Source: the human T2T-CHM13v2.0 reference genome, Homo sapiens
NCBI RefSeq assembly: GCF_009914755.1
Contig: NC_060925.1
Length of the DNA: 64,000 nt
Strand: one strand, 5' to 3'
Part shown: positions 1-12,098 of the stretch, piece after piece
Numbering within the stretch: position 1 is the stretch's first letter
Layout of the letters: each line of letters opens with the position of its first letter
Notes under the pieces: generated by a model
Seen by the model: only the letters and a program-made list of their open reading frames with translations
Database searches by the model: none
Told to the model about the DNA's origin: nothing
Translations under genes and position numbers: made by a program

Positions 1-674
1 AATCGAATGGATTCATTGAATGGAATCAGATGGAATCATCGAATGGACTGGAATGGAATCATTGAATGGACTCGAAAGGGATCATGATTGAATGGAATTG
101 AATGGAATCATCGAATGGTCTCGATTGGAATCATTAACAAATGGAATCGAATGGAATCACCGAATAGAATCGAATGGAACAATCATCGAATGGACTCAAA
201 TGGAATTATCCTCCAATGGAATCGAATGGAATTATCGAATGCAATCGAATGGAATTATCGAATGCAATCGAATAGAATCATCGAATGGACTCGAATGGAA
301 TCATCGAATGGAATGGAATGGAACAGTCAAGGAACTCGAATGGAATCATCATTGAATGGAATCGAATGGAATCATCGAGTGGAATCGAATGGAAATATGA
401 TCAAATGGAATCGAATATAATCATCATCAAATGGAATCAAAAATAACCATCATTAATTGGTATTGAATGGAATTCTCATCAAATGGAATTCAAAGGAATC
501 ATCATCAAATGGAACTGAATGGAATCCTCATTGAATGGAAATGAAAGGGGTCATCATCTAATGGAATCGCATGGAATCATCATCAAATGGAATCGAATGG
601 AATCATCATCAAATGGAATCTGATGGAATCATTGAACAGAATTGAATGGAATCGTCATCGAATGAATTGAATGC

Positions 675-968
675 AATCATCGAATGGTCTCGAATGTAAT
701 CACATTCTAATGGAAAGGAATGGAATCATCGCATAGAATCGAATGGAATTAACATTGAATGGACTCGAATGGAATCAACATCAAACGGAATCAAGCGGAA
801 TTATCGAATGGAATCGAAGAGAATCATCGAATGGTCTCGAATGGAATCATCTTCTAATGGAAAGGAATGGAATCATCGCATAGAATCGAATGGAATTAAC
901 ATTGAATGGACTCGAATGGAATCAACATCAAATGGAATCAAGCGGAATTATCGAATGAAATCGAAGAG
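675..968 (+). repeat. 147-bp tandem duplication inside a diverged B module (gives the 1923-bp unit)
   Basis: GGTCTCGAATG at 686 and 833. Both copies contain AATTAACATTG and CAAGCGG. 1923=1776+147. Also present near 4374, 10291, 30798, 34497 and 63380. Confidence 0.92.
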
Positions 969-1700
969 AATCATCGAATGGACTCGAATGGAATCATCTA
1001 ATGGAATGGAATGGAATAATCCACGGACTCGAATGCAATCATCATTGTATAGAATCGAATGGAATCATCGAATGGACTCGAATGGAATAAACATTGAACG
1101 GAATAGAATGGAATCATCATCGGAAGGAAACGAATGGAATCATCATCGAATGGAAATGTAAGGAGTCATCATCTAATGGAATTGCATGGAATCATCATAA
1201 AATGGAATCGAATGGAATCATCATCAAATGGAATCAGATGGAATCATTGAACGGAATTGAATGGAATCGTCATCGAATGAATTGAATGCAATCATCGAAT
1301 GGTCTCGAATGGAATCATCTTCAAATGGAATGGAATGGAATCATCGCATAGAATCGAATGGAATTATCATCGAATGGAATCGAATGGAATCAACATCAAA
1401 CGGAAAAAAACGGAATTATCGAATGGAATCGAAGAGAATCTTCGAACGGACCCGAAAGGAATCATCTAATGGAATGGAATGGAATAATCCATGGACTCGA
1501 ATGCAATCATCATCGAATGGAATCGAATGGAATCATTGAATGGACTCGAATGGAATAATCATTGAACGGAATCGAATGGAATCATCATCGGATGGAAATG
1601 AATGGAATCATCATCGAATGGAATCGAATAGAATTATGGAATGAAATCCAGTGTGATCATCATCGAATGGACCCGAATGGAATCATCATCCAACGGAAGC

Positions 1701-1711
1701 TAATGGAATCA
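1701..1711 (+). promoter_or_regulatory. Candidate DUX4 site TAATGGAATCA (representative; about two per standard unit, the other e.g. at 2544-2554)
   Basis: Matches the DUX4 consensus TAAYBBAATCA, and DUX4 is known to bind and induce transcription of HSATII. Occupancy at these copies cannot be seen from sequence. Confidence 0.5.
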
Positions 1712-2014
1712 ACATCGAATGAATCGAATGGAAACACCATCGAATTGAAACGAATGGAATTATCATGAAATTGAAATGGATGGACTCATCATCGAATGGA
1801 TTCGAATGGAATCATCGAATAAAATTGATTGAAATCATCATCGAATGGAATCGAATGGTATCATTGAATGGAATCGAATGGAATCGTCATCAGATGGAAA
1901 TGAATGGAATCGTCATAGAATGGAATCGAATGGATTCATTGAATAGAATCAGATGGAATCATCGAATGGACTGGAATGGAATCATTGAATGGACTCGAAA
2001 GGGATCATTATTGA

Positions 2015-3790
2015 ATGGAATTGAATGGAATCATCGAATGGTCTCGATTGGAATCATTATCAAATGGAATCGAATGGAATCACCGAATAGAATCGAATGG
2101 AACAATCATCGAATGGACTCAAATGGAATTATCCTCAAATGGAATCGAATGGAATTATCGAATGCAATCGAATGGAATTATCGAATGCAATCGAATAGAA
2201 TCATCGAAAGGACTCGAATGGAATCATCGAATGGAATGGAATGGAACAGTCAATGAACTCGAATGGAATCATCATTGAATGGAATCGAATGGAATCATCG
2301 AGTGGAATCGAATGGAATTATGATCAAATGGAATCGAATGTAATCATCATCAAATGGAATCAAAAATAACCATCATCAATTGGTATTGAATGGAATTGTC
2401 ATCAAATGGAATTCAAAGGAATCATCATCAAATGGAACCGAATGGAATCCTCATTGAATGGAAATGAAAGGGGTCATCATCTAATGGAATCGCATGGAAT
2501 CATCATCAAATGGAATCGAATGGAATCATCATCAAATGGAATCTAATGGAATCATTGAAAAGAATTGAATGGAATCATCATCGAATGAATTGAATGCAAT
2601 CATCGAAAGGTCTCGAATGGAATCATCTTCTAATGGAAAGGAATGGAATCATCGCATAGAATCGAATGGAATTATCATCGAATGGAATCGAATGGTATCA
2701 ACACCAAACGGAAAAAAACGGAATTATCGAATGGAATCGAAGAGAATCTTCGAACGGACCCGAATTTAATGATCTAATGGAATGGAATGGAATAATCCAT
2801 GGACTCGAATGCAATCATCATCGAATGGAATCGAATGGAATCATCGAATGGACTCGAATGGAATAATCATTGAACGGAATCGAATGGAATCATCATCGGA
2901 TGGAAACGAATGGAATCATCATCGAATGGAAATGAAAGGAGTCATCATCTAATGGAATTGCATGGAATCATCATAAAATGGAATCGAATGGAATCAACAT
3001 CAAATGGAATCAAATGGAATCATTGAACGGAATTGAATGGAATCGTCATCGAATGAATTGAATGCAATCATCGAATGGTCTAGAATTGAATCATCTTCAA
3101 ATGGAATGGAATGGAATCATCGCATAGAATCGAATGGAAGTATCATCGAATGGAATCGAATGGAATCAACATCAAACGGAAAAAAACGGAATTATCGAAT
3201 GGAATCGAAGAGAATCATCGAATGGACCCGAATGGAATCATCTAATGGAATGGAATGGAATAATCCATGGACTCGAATGCAATCATCATCGAATGGAATC
3301 GAATGGAATCATCGAATGGACTCGAATGGAATAATCATTGAACGGAATCGAATGGAATCATCATCGGATGGAAATGAATGGAATCATCATCGAATGGAAT
3401 CGAATAGAATTATGGAATGAAATCCAGTGTGATCATCATCGAATGGACCCGAATGGAATCATCATTCAACGGAAGCTAATGGAATCAACATCGAATGAAT
3501 CGAATGGAAACACCATCGAATTGAAACGAATGGAATTATCATGAAATTGAAATGGATGGACTCATCATCGAATGGATTCGAATGGAATCATCGAATAAAA
3601 TTGATTGAAATCATCATCCAATGGAATCGAATGGTATCATTGAATGGAATCGAATGGAATCATCATCAGATGGAAATGAATGGAATCGTCATAGAATGGA
3701 ATCGAATGGATTCATTGAATGGAATCAGATGGAATCATCGAATGGACTGGAATGGAATCATTGAATGGACTCGAAAGGGATCATGATTGA
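2015..3790 (+). repeat. Representative 1776-bp base unit, consistent with the chr1q12 1.77-kb EcoRI HSat2 unit (pUC1.77/D1Z1)
   Basis: Landmark spacing of exactly 1776 bp at 2015, 7932, 23189, 32138, 37366, 40450, 43534, 57495 and 61021. One GAATTC (ATGGAATTCAAAGG) per standard unit. Once-per-unit words AACAGTCAA, AAAAATAACC, AAAGGGGTC, CCAGTGTGATC. The chromosome assignment rests on the known period. Confidence 0.85.
2569..3400 (+). repeat. Internal duplicated module pair B/C (468-bp spacing) within the 1776-bp unit
   Basis: Near-identical 'MESSSNELNAII' ORF starts at 2569 and 3037 (468 apart). Both modules carry CGCATAG, AAACGGAAAAAAACGG, GAAGAGAATC and AATCCATGG. Confidence 0.93.
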
Positions 3791-6700
3791 ATGGAATTGA
3801 ATGGAATCATCGAATGGTCTCGATTGGAATCATTAACAAATGGAATCGAATGGAATCACCGAATAGAATCGAATGGAACAATCATCGAATGGACTCAAAT
3901 GGAATTATCCTCCAATGGAATCGAATGGAATTATCGAATGCAATCGAATGGAATTATCGAATGCAATCGAATAGAATCATCGAATGGACTCGAATGGAAT
4001 CATCGAATGGAATGGAATGGAACAGTCAAGGAACTCGAATGGAATCATCATTGAATGGAATCGAATGGAATCATCGAGTGGAATCGAATGGAAATATGAT
4101 CAAATGGAATCGAATATAATCATCATCAAATGGAATCAAAAATAACCATCATTAATTGGTATTGAATGGAATTCTCATCAAATGGAATTCAAAGGAATCA
4201 TCATCAAATGGAACTGAATGGAATCCTCATTGAATGGAAATGAAAGGGGTCATCATCTAATGGAATCGCATGGAATCATCATCAAATGGAATCGAATGGA
4301 ATCATCATCAAATGGAATCTGATGGAATCATTGAACAGAATTGAATGGAATCGTCATCGAATGAATTGAATGCAATCATCGAATGGTCTCGAATGTAATC
4401 ACATTCTAATGGAAAGGAATGGAATCATCGCATAGAATCGAATGGAATTAACATTGAATGGACTCGAATGGAATCAACATCAAACGGAATCAAGCGGAAT
4501 TATCGAATGGAATCGAAGAGAATCATCGAATGGTCTCGAATGGAATCATCTTCTAATGGAAAGGAATGGAATCATCGCATAGAATCGAATGGAATTAACA
4601 TTGAATGGACTCGAATGGAATCAACATCAAATGGAATCAAGCGGAATTATCGAATGAAATCGAAGAGAATCATCGAATGGACTCGAATGGAATCATCTAA
4701 TGGAATGGAATGGAATAATCCACGGACTCGAATGCAATCATCATTGTATAGAATCGAATGGAATCATCGAATGGACTCGAATGGAATAAACATTGAACGG
4801 AATAGAATGGAATCATCATCGGAAGGAAACGAATGGAATCATCATCGAATGGAAATGTAAGGAGTCATCATCTAATGGAATTGCATGGAATCATCATAAA
4901 ATGGAATCGAATGGAATCATCATCAAATGGAATCAAATGGAATCATTGAACGGAATTGAATGGAATCGTCATCGAATGAATTGAATGCAATCATCGAATG
5001 GTCTCGAATGGAATCATCTTCAAATGGAATGGAATGGAATCATCGCATAGAATCGAATGGAATTATCATCGAATGGAATCGAATGGAATCAACATCAAAC
5101 GGAAAAAAACGGAATTATCGAATGGAATCGAAGAGAATCTTCGAACGGACCCGAAAGGAATCATCTAATGGAATGGAATGGAATAATCCATGGACTCGAA
5201 TGCAATCATCATCGAATGGAATCGAATGGAATCATTGAATGGACTCGAATGGAATAATCATTGAACGGAATCGAATGGAATCATCATCGGATGGAAATGA
5301 ATGGAATCATCATCGAATGGAATCGAATAGAATTATGGAATGAAATCCAGTGTGATCATCATCGAATGGACCCGAATGGAATCATCATCCAACGGAAGCT
5401 AATGGAATCAACATCGAATGAATCGAATGGAAACACCATCGAATTGAAACGAATGGAATTATCATGAAATTGAAATGGATGGACTCATCATCGAATGGAT
5501 TCGAATGGAATCATCGAATAAAATTGATTGAAATCATCATCGAATGGAATCGAATGGTATCATTGAATGGAATCGAATGGAATCGTCATCAGATGGAAAT
5601 GAATGGAATCGTCATAGAATGGAATCGAATGGATTCATTGAATAGAATCAGATGGAATCATCGAATGGACTGGAATGGAATCATTGAATGGACTCGAAAG
5701 GGATCATTATTGAATGGAATTGAATGGAATCATCGAATGGTCTCGATTGGAATCATTATCAAATGGAATCGAATGGAATCACCGAATAGAATCGAATGGA
5801 ACAATCATCGAATGGACTCAAATGGAATTATCCTCAAATGGAATCGAATGGAATTATCGAATGCAATCGAATGGAATTATCGAATGCAATCGAATAGAAT
5901 CATCGAAAGGACTCGAATGGAATCATCGAATGGAATGGAATGGAACAGTCAATGAACTCGAATGGAATCATGATTGAATGGAATCGAATGGAATCATCGA
6001 GTGGAATCGAATGGAATTATGATCAAATGGAATCGAATGTAATCATCATCAAATGGAATCAAAAATAACCATCATCAATTGGTATTGAATGGAATTGTCA
6101 TCAAATGGAATTCAAAGGAATCATCATCAAATGGAACCGAATGGAATCCTCATTGAATGGAAATGAAAGGGGTCATCATCTAATGGAATCGCATGGAATC
6201 ATCATCAAATGGAATCGAATGGAATCATCATCAAATGGAATCTAATGGAATCATTGAAAAGAATTGAATGGAATCATCATCGAATGAATTGAATGCAATC
6301 ATCGAAAGGTCTCGAATGGAATCATCTTCTAATGGAAAGGAATGGAATCATCGCATAGAATCGAATGGAATTATCATCGAATGGAATCGAATGGTATCAA
6401 CACCAAACGGAAAAAAACGGAATTATCGAATGGAATCGAAGAGAATCTTCGAACGGACCCGAATTTAATGATCTAATGGAATGGAATGGAATAATCCATG
6501 GACTCGAATGCAATCATCATCGAATGGAATCGAATGGAATCATCGAATGGACTCGAATGGAATAATCATTGAACGGAATCGAATGGAATCATCATCGGAT
6601 GGAAACGAATGGAATCATCATCGAATGGAAATGAAAGGAGTCATCATCTAATGGAATTGCATGGAATCATCATAAAATGGAATCGAATGGAATCAACATC

Positions 6701-9700
6701 AAATGGAATCAAATGGAATCATTGAACGGAATTGAATGGAATCGTCATCGAATAAATTGAATGCAATCATCGAATGGTCTCGAATGGAATCATCTTCAAA
6801 TGGAATGGAATGGAATCATCGCATAGAATCGAATGGAATTATCATCGAATGGAATCGAATGGAATCAACATCAAACGGAAAAAAACGGAATTATCGAATG
6901 GAATCGAAGAGAATCATCGAATGGACCCGAATGGAATCATCTAATGGAATGGAATGGAATAATCCATGGACTCGAATGCAATCATCTTCGAATGGAATCG
7001 AATGGAATCATCGAATGGACTCGAATGGAATAATCATTGAACGGAATCGAATGGAATCATATTCGGATGGAAATGAAAGGAGTCATCATCTAATGGAATT
7101 GCATGGAATCATCATAAAATGGAATCGAATGGAATCAACATCAAATGGAATCAAATGGAATCATTGAACGGAATTGAATGGAATCGTCATCGAATGAATT
7201 GAATGCAATCATCGAATGATCTCGAATGGAATCATCTTCAAATGGAATGGAATGGAATCATCGCATAGAATCGAATGGAATTATCATCGAATGGAATCGA
7301 ATGGAATCAACATCAAACGGAAAAAAACGGAATTATCGAATGGAATCGAAGAGAATCATCGAATGGACCCGAATGGAATCATCTAATGGAATGGAATGGA
7401 ATAATCCATGGACTCGAATGCAATCATCATCGAATGGAATCGAATGGAATCATCGAATGGACTCGAATGGAATAATCATTGAACGGAATCGAATGGAATC
7501 ATCATCGGATGGAAATGAATGGAATCATCATCGAATGGAATCGAATAAAATTATGGAATGAAATCCATTGTGATCATCATCGAATGGACCCGAATGGAAT
7601 CATCATCCAACGGAAGCTAATGGAATCAACATCGAATGAATCAAATGGAAACACCATCGAATTGAAACGAATGGAATTACCATGAAATTGAAATGGATGG
7701 ACTCATCATCGAATGGATTCGAAAGGAATCATCGAATAAAATTGATTGAAATCATCATCGAATGGAATCGAATGGTATCAATGAATGGAATCGAATGGAA
7801 TCATCATCAGATGGAAATGAATGGAATCGTCATAGAATGGAATCGAATGGATTCATTGAATGGAATCAGATGGAATCATCGAATGGACTGGAATGGAATC
7901 ATTGAATGGACTCGAAAGAGATCATGATTGAATGGAATTGAATGGAATCATCGAATGGTCTCGATTGGAATCATTATCAAATGGAATCGAATGGAATCAC
8001 CGAATAGAATCGAATGGAACAATCATCGAATGGACTCAAATGGAATTATCCTCAAATGGAATCGAATGGAATTATCGAATGCAATCGAATGGAATTATCG
8101 AATGCAATCGAATAGAATCATCGAATGGACTCGAATGGAATCATCGAATGGAATGGAATGGAACAGTCAATGAACTCGAATGGAATCATCATTGAATGGA
8201 ATCGAATGGAATCATCGAGTGGAATCGAATGGAATTATGATCAAATGGAATCGAATGTAATCATCATCAAATGGAATCAAAAATAACCATCATCAATTGG
8301 TATTGAATGGAATTGTCATCAAATGGAATTCAAAGGAAACATCATCAAATGGAACCGAATGGAATCCTCATTGAATGGAAATGAAAGGGGTCATCATCTA
8401 ATGGAATCGCATGGAATCATCATCAAATGGAATCGAATGGAATCATCATCAAATGGAATCGAATGGAATCATTGAACAGAATTGAATGGAATCGTCATCG
8501 AATGAATTGAATGCAATCATCGAATGGTCTCGAATGGAACCATCTTCTAATGGAAAGGAATGGAATCATCGCATAGAATCGAATGGAATTATCATCGAAT
8601 GGAATCGAATGGTATCAACACCAAACGGAAAAAAACGGAATTATCGAATGGAATCGAAGAGAATCTTCGAACGGACCCGAATGGAATCATCTAATGGAAT
8701 GGAATGGAATAATCCATGGACTCGAATGCAATCATCATCGAATGGAATCGAATGGAATCATCGAATGGACTCGAATGAAATAATCATTGAACGGAATCGA
8801 ATGGAATCATCATCGGATGGAAACGAATGGAATCATCATCGAATGGAAATGAAAGGAGTCATCATCTAATGGAATTGCATGGAATCATCATAAAATGGAA
8901 TCGAATGGAATCAACATCAAATGGAATCAAATGGAATCATTGAACGGAATTGAATGGAATCGTCATCGAATGAATTGAATGCAATCATCGAATGGTCTCG
9001 AATGGAATCATCTTCAAATGGAATGGAATGGAATCATCGCATAGAATCGAATGGAATTATCATCGAATGGAATCGAATGGAATCAACATCAAACGGAAAA
9101 AAACGGAATTATCGAATGGAATCGAAGAGAATCATCGAATGGACCCGAATGGAATCATCTAATGGAATGGAATGGAATAATCCATGGACTCGAATGCAAT
9201 CATCATCGAATGGAATCGAATGGAATCATCCAATGGACTCGAATGGAATAATCATTGAACGGAATCGAATGGAATCATCATCGTATGGAAATGAATGGAA
9301 TCATCATCGAATGGAATCGAATAGAATTATGGAATGAAATCCAGTGTGATCATCATCGAATGGACCCGAATGGAATCATCATCCAACGGATGCTAATGGA
9401 ATCAACATCGAATGAATCAAATGGAAACACCATCGAATTGAAACGAATGGAATTACCATGAAATTGAAATGGATGGACTCATCATCGAATGGATTTGAAA
9501 GGAATCATCGAATAAAATTGATTGAAATCATCATCGAATGGAATCGAATGGTATCATTGAATGGAATCGAATGGAATCATCATCAGATGGAAATGAATGG
9601 AATCGTCATAGAATGGAATCGAATGGATTCATTGAATGGAATCAGATGGAATCATCGAATGGACTGGAATGGAATCATTGAATGGACTCGAAAGAGATCA

Positions 9701-12098
9701 TGATTGAATGGAATTGAATGGAATCATCGAATGGTCTCGATTGGAATCATTATCAAATGGAATCGAATGGAATCACCGAATAGAATCGAATGGAACAATC
9801 ATCGAATGGACTCAAATGGAATTATCCTCCAATGGAATCGAATGGAATTATCGAATGCAATCGAATGGAATTATCGAATGCAATCGAATAGAATCATCGA
9901 ATGGACTCGAATGGAATCATCGAATGGAATGGAATGGAACAGTCAATGAACTCGAATGGAATCATCATTGAATGGAATCGAATGGAATCATCGAGTGGAA
10001 TCGAATGGAATTATGATCAAATGGAATCGAATGTAATCATCATCAAATGGAATCAAAAATAACCATCATCAATTGGTATTGAATGGAATTGTCATCAAAT
10101 GGAATTCAAAGTAAACATCATCAAATGGAACCGAATGGAATCCTCATTGAATGGAAATGAAAGGGGTCATCATCTAATGGAATCGCATGGAATCATCATC
10201 AAATGGAATCGAATGGAATCATCATCAAATGGAATCTGATGGAATCATTGAACAGAATTGAATGGAATCGTCATCGAATGAATTGAATGCAATCATCGAA
10301 TGGTCTCGAATGTAATCACATTCTAATGGAAAGGAATGGAATCATCGCATAGAATCGAATGGAATTAACATTGAATGGACTCGAATGGAATCAACATCAA
10401 ACGGAATCAAGCGGAATTATCGAATGGAATCGAAGAGAATCATCGAATGGTCTCGAATGGAATCATCTTCTAATGGAAAGGAATGGAATCATCGCATAGA
10501 ATCGAATGGAATTAACATTGAATGGACTCGAATGGAATCAACATCAAATGAAATCAAGCGGAATTATCGAATGAAATCGAAGAGAATCATCGAATGGACT
10601 CGAATGGAATCATCTAATGGAATGGAATGGAATAATCCACGGACTCGAATGCAATCATCATTGTATAGAATCGAATGGAATCATCGAATGGACTCGAATG
10701 GAATAACCATTAAACGGAATAGAATGGAATCATCATCGGAAGGAAACGAATGGAATCATCATCGAATGGAAATGTAAGGAGTCATCATCTAATGGAATTG
10801 CATGGAATCATCATAAAATGGAATCGAATGGAATCATCATCAAATGGAATCAAATGGAATCATTGAACGGAATTGAATGGAATCGTCATCGAATGAATTG
10901 AATGCAATCATCGAATGGTCTCGAATGGAATCATCTTCAAATGGAATGGAATGGAATCATCGCATAGAATCGAATGGAATTATCATCGAATGGAATCGAA
11001 TGGTATCAACATCAAACGGAAAAAAACGGAATTATCGAATGGAATCGAAGAGAATCTTCGAACGGACCCGAATGGAATCATCTAATGGAATGGAACGGAA
11101 TAATCCATGGACTCGAATGCAATCATCATCGAATGGAATCGAATGGAATCATCGAATGGACTCGAATGGAATAATCATTGAACGGAATCGAATGGAATCA
11201 TCATCGGATGGAAACGAATGGAATCATCATACAATGGAAATGAAAGGAGTCATCATCTAATGGAAATGCATGGAATCATCATAAAATGGAATCGAATGGA
11301 ATCAACATCAAATGGAATCAAATGGAATAATTGAACGGAAATGAATGGAATCGTCATCGAATGAATTGAATGCAATCATCGAATGGTCTAGAATTGAATC
11401 ATCTTCAAATGGAATGGAATGGAATCATCGCATAGAATCGAATGGAAGTATCCTCGAATGGAATCGAATGGAATCAACATCAAACGGAAAAAAACGGAAT
11501 TATCGAATGGAATCGAAGAGAATCATCGAATGGACCCGAATGGAATCATCTAATGGAATGGAATGGAATAATCCATGGACTCGAATGCAATCATCATCGA
11601 ATGGAATCGAATGGAATCATCGAATGGACTCGAATGGAATAATCATTGAACGGAATCGAATGGAATCATCATCGGATGGAAATGAATGGAATCATCATCG
11701 AATGGAATCGAATAGAATTATGGAATGAAATCCAGTGTGATCATCATCGAATGGACCCGAATGGAATCATCATCCAACGGAAGCTAATGGAATCAACATC
11801 GAATGAATCGAATGGAAACAACATCGAATTGAAACGAATGGAATTATCATGAAATTGAAATGGATGGACTCATCATCGAATGGATTCGAATGGAATCATC
11901 GAATAAAATTGATTGAAATCATCATCCAATGGAATCGAATGGTATCATTGAATGGAATCGAATGGAATCATCATCAGATGGAAATGAATGGAATCGTCAT
12001 AGAATGGAATCGAATGGATTCATTGAATGGAATCAGATGGAATCATCGAATGGACTGGAATGGAATCATTGAATGGACTCGAAAGGGATCATGATTGA

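Larger units (their letters stand above)
1..6740 (+). repeat. 3699-bp higher-order repeat (1923+1776), about 1.8 copies; 'lineage A'
   Basis: ORFs recur at +3699 (88/3787, 769/4468, 1765/5464, 2569/6268) with shared private variants CAGTCAAGG, CATTAATTGG, CAAGCGG, CCCGAATTTAATGA. Confidence 0.92.

Noticed and set aside
470-491. Doubled EcoRI sites and XbaI sites in some units
   Set aside because: Single-base variants that mark lineages; no functional implication.
1396-1415. AAACGGAAAAAAACGG and AATAAA (about 1818) as terminator or polyadenylation signals
   Set aside because: These are fixed diverged pentamers of the satellite unit, with no transcript context to support a function.
2569-3036. 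468=18x26 and 442=17x26 as pure 26-mer arrays
   Set aside because: The modules visibly mix 23-bp, 26-bp and irregular subunits, so the exact multiple is probably coincidental.
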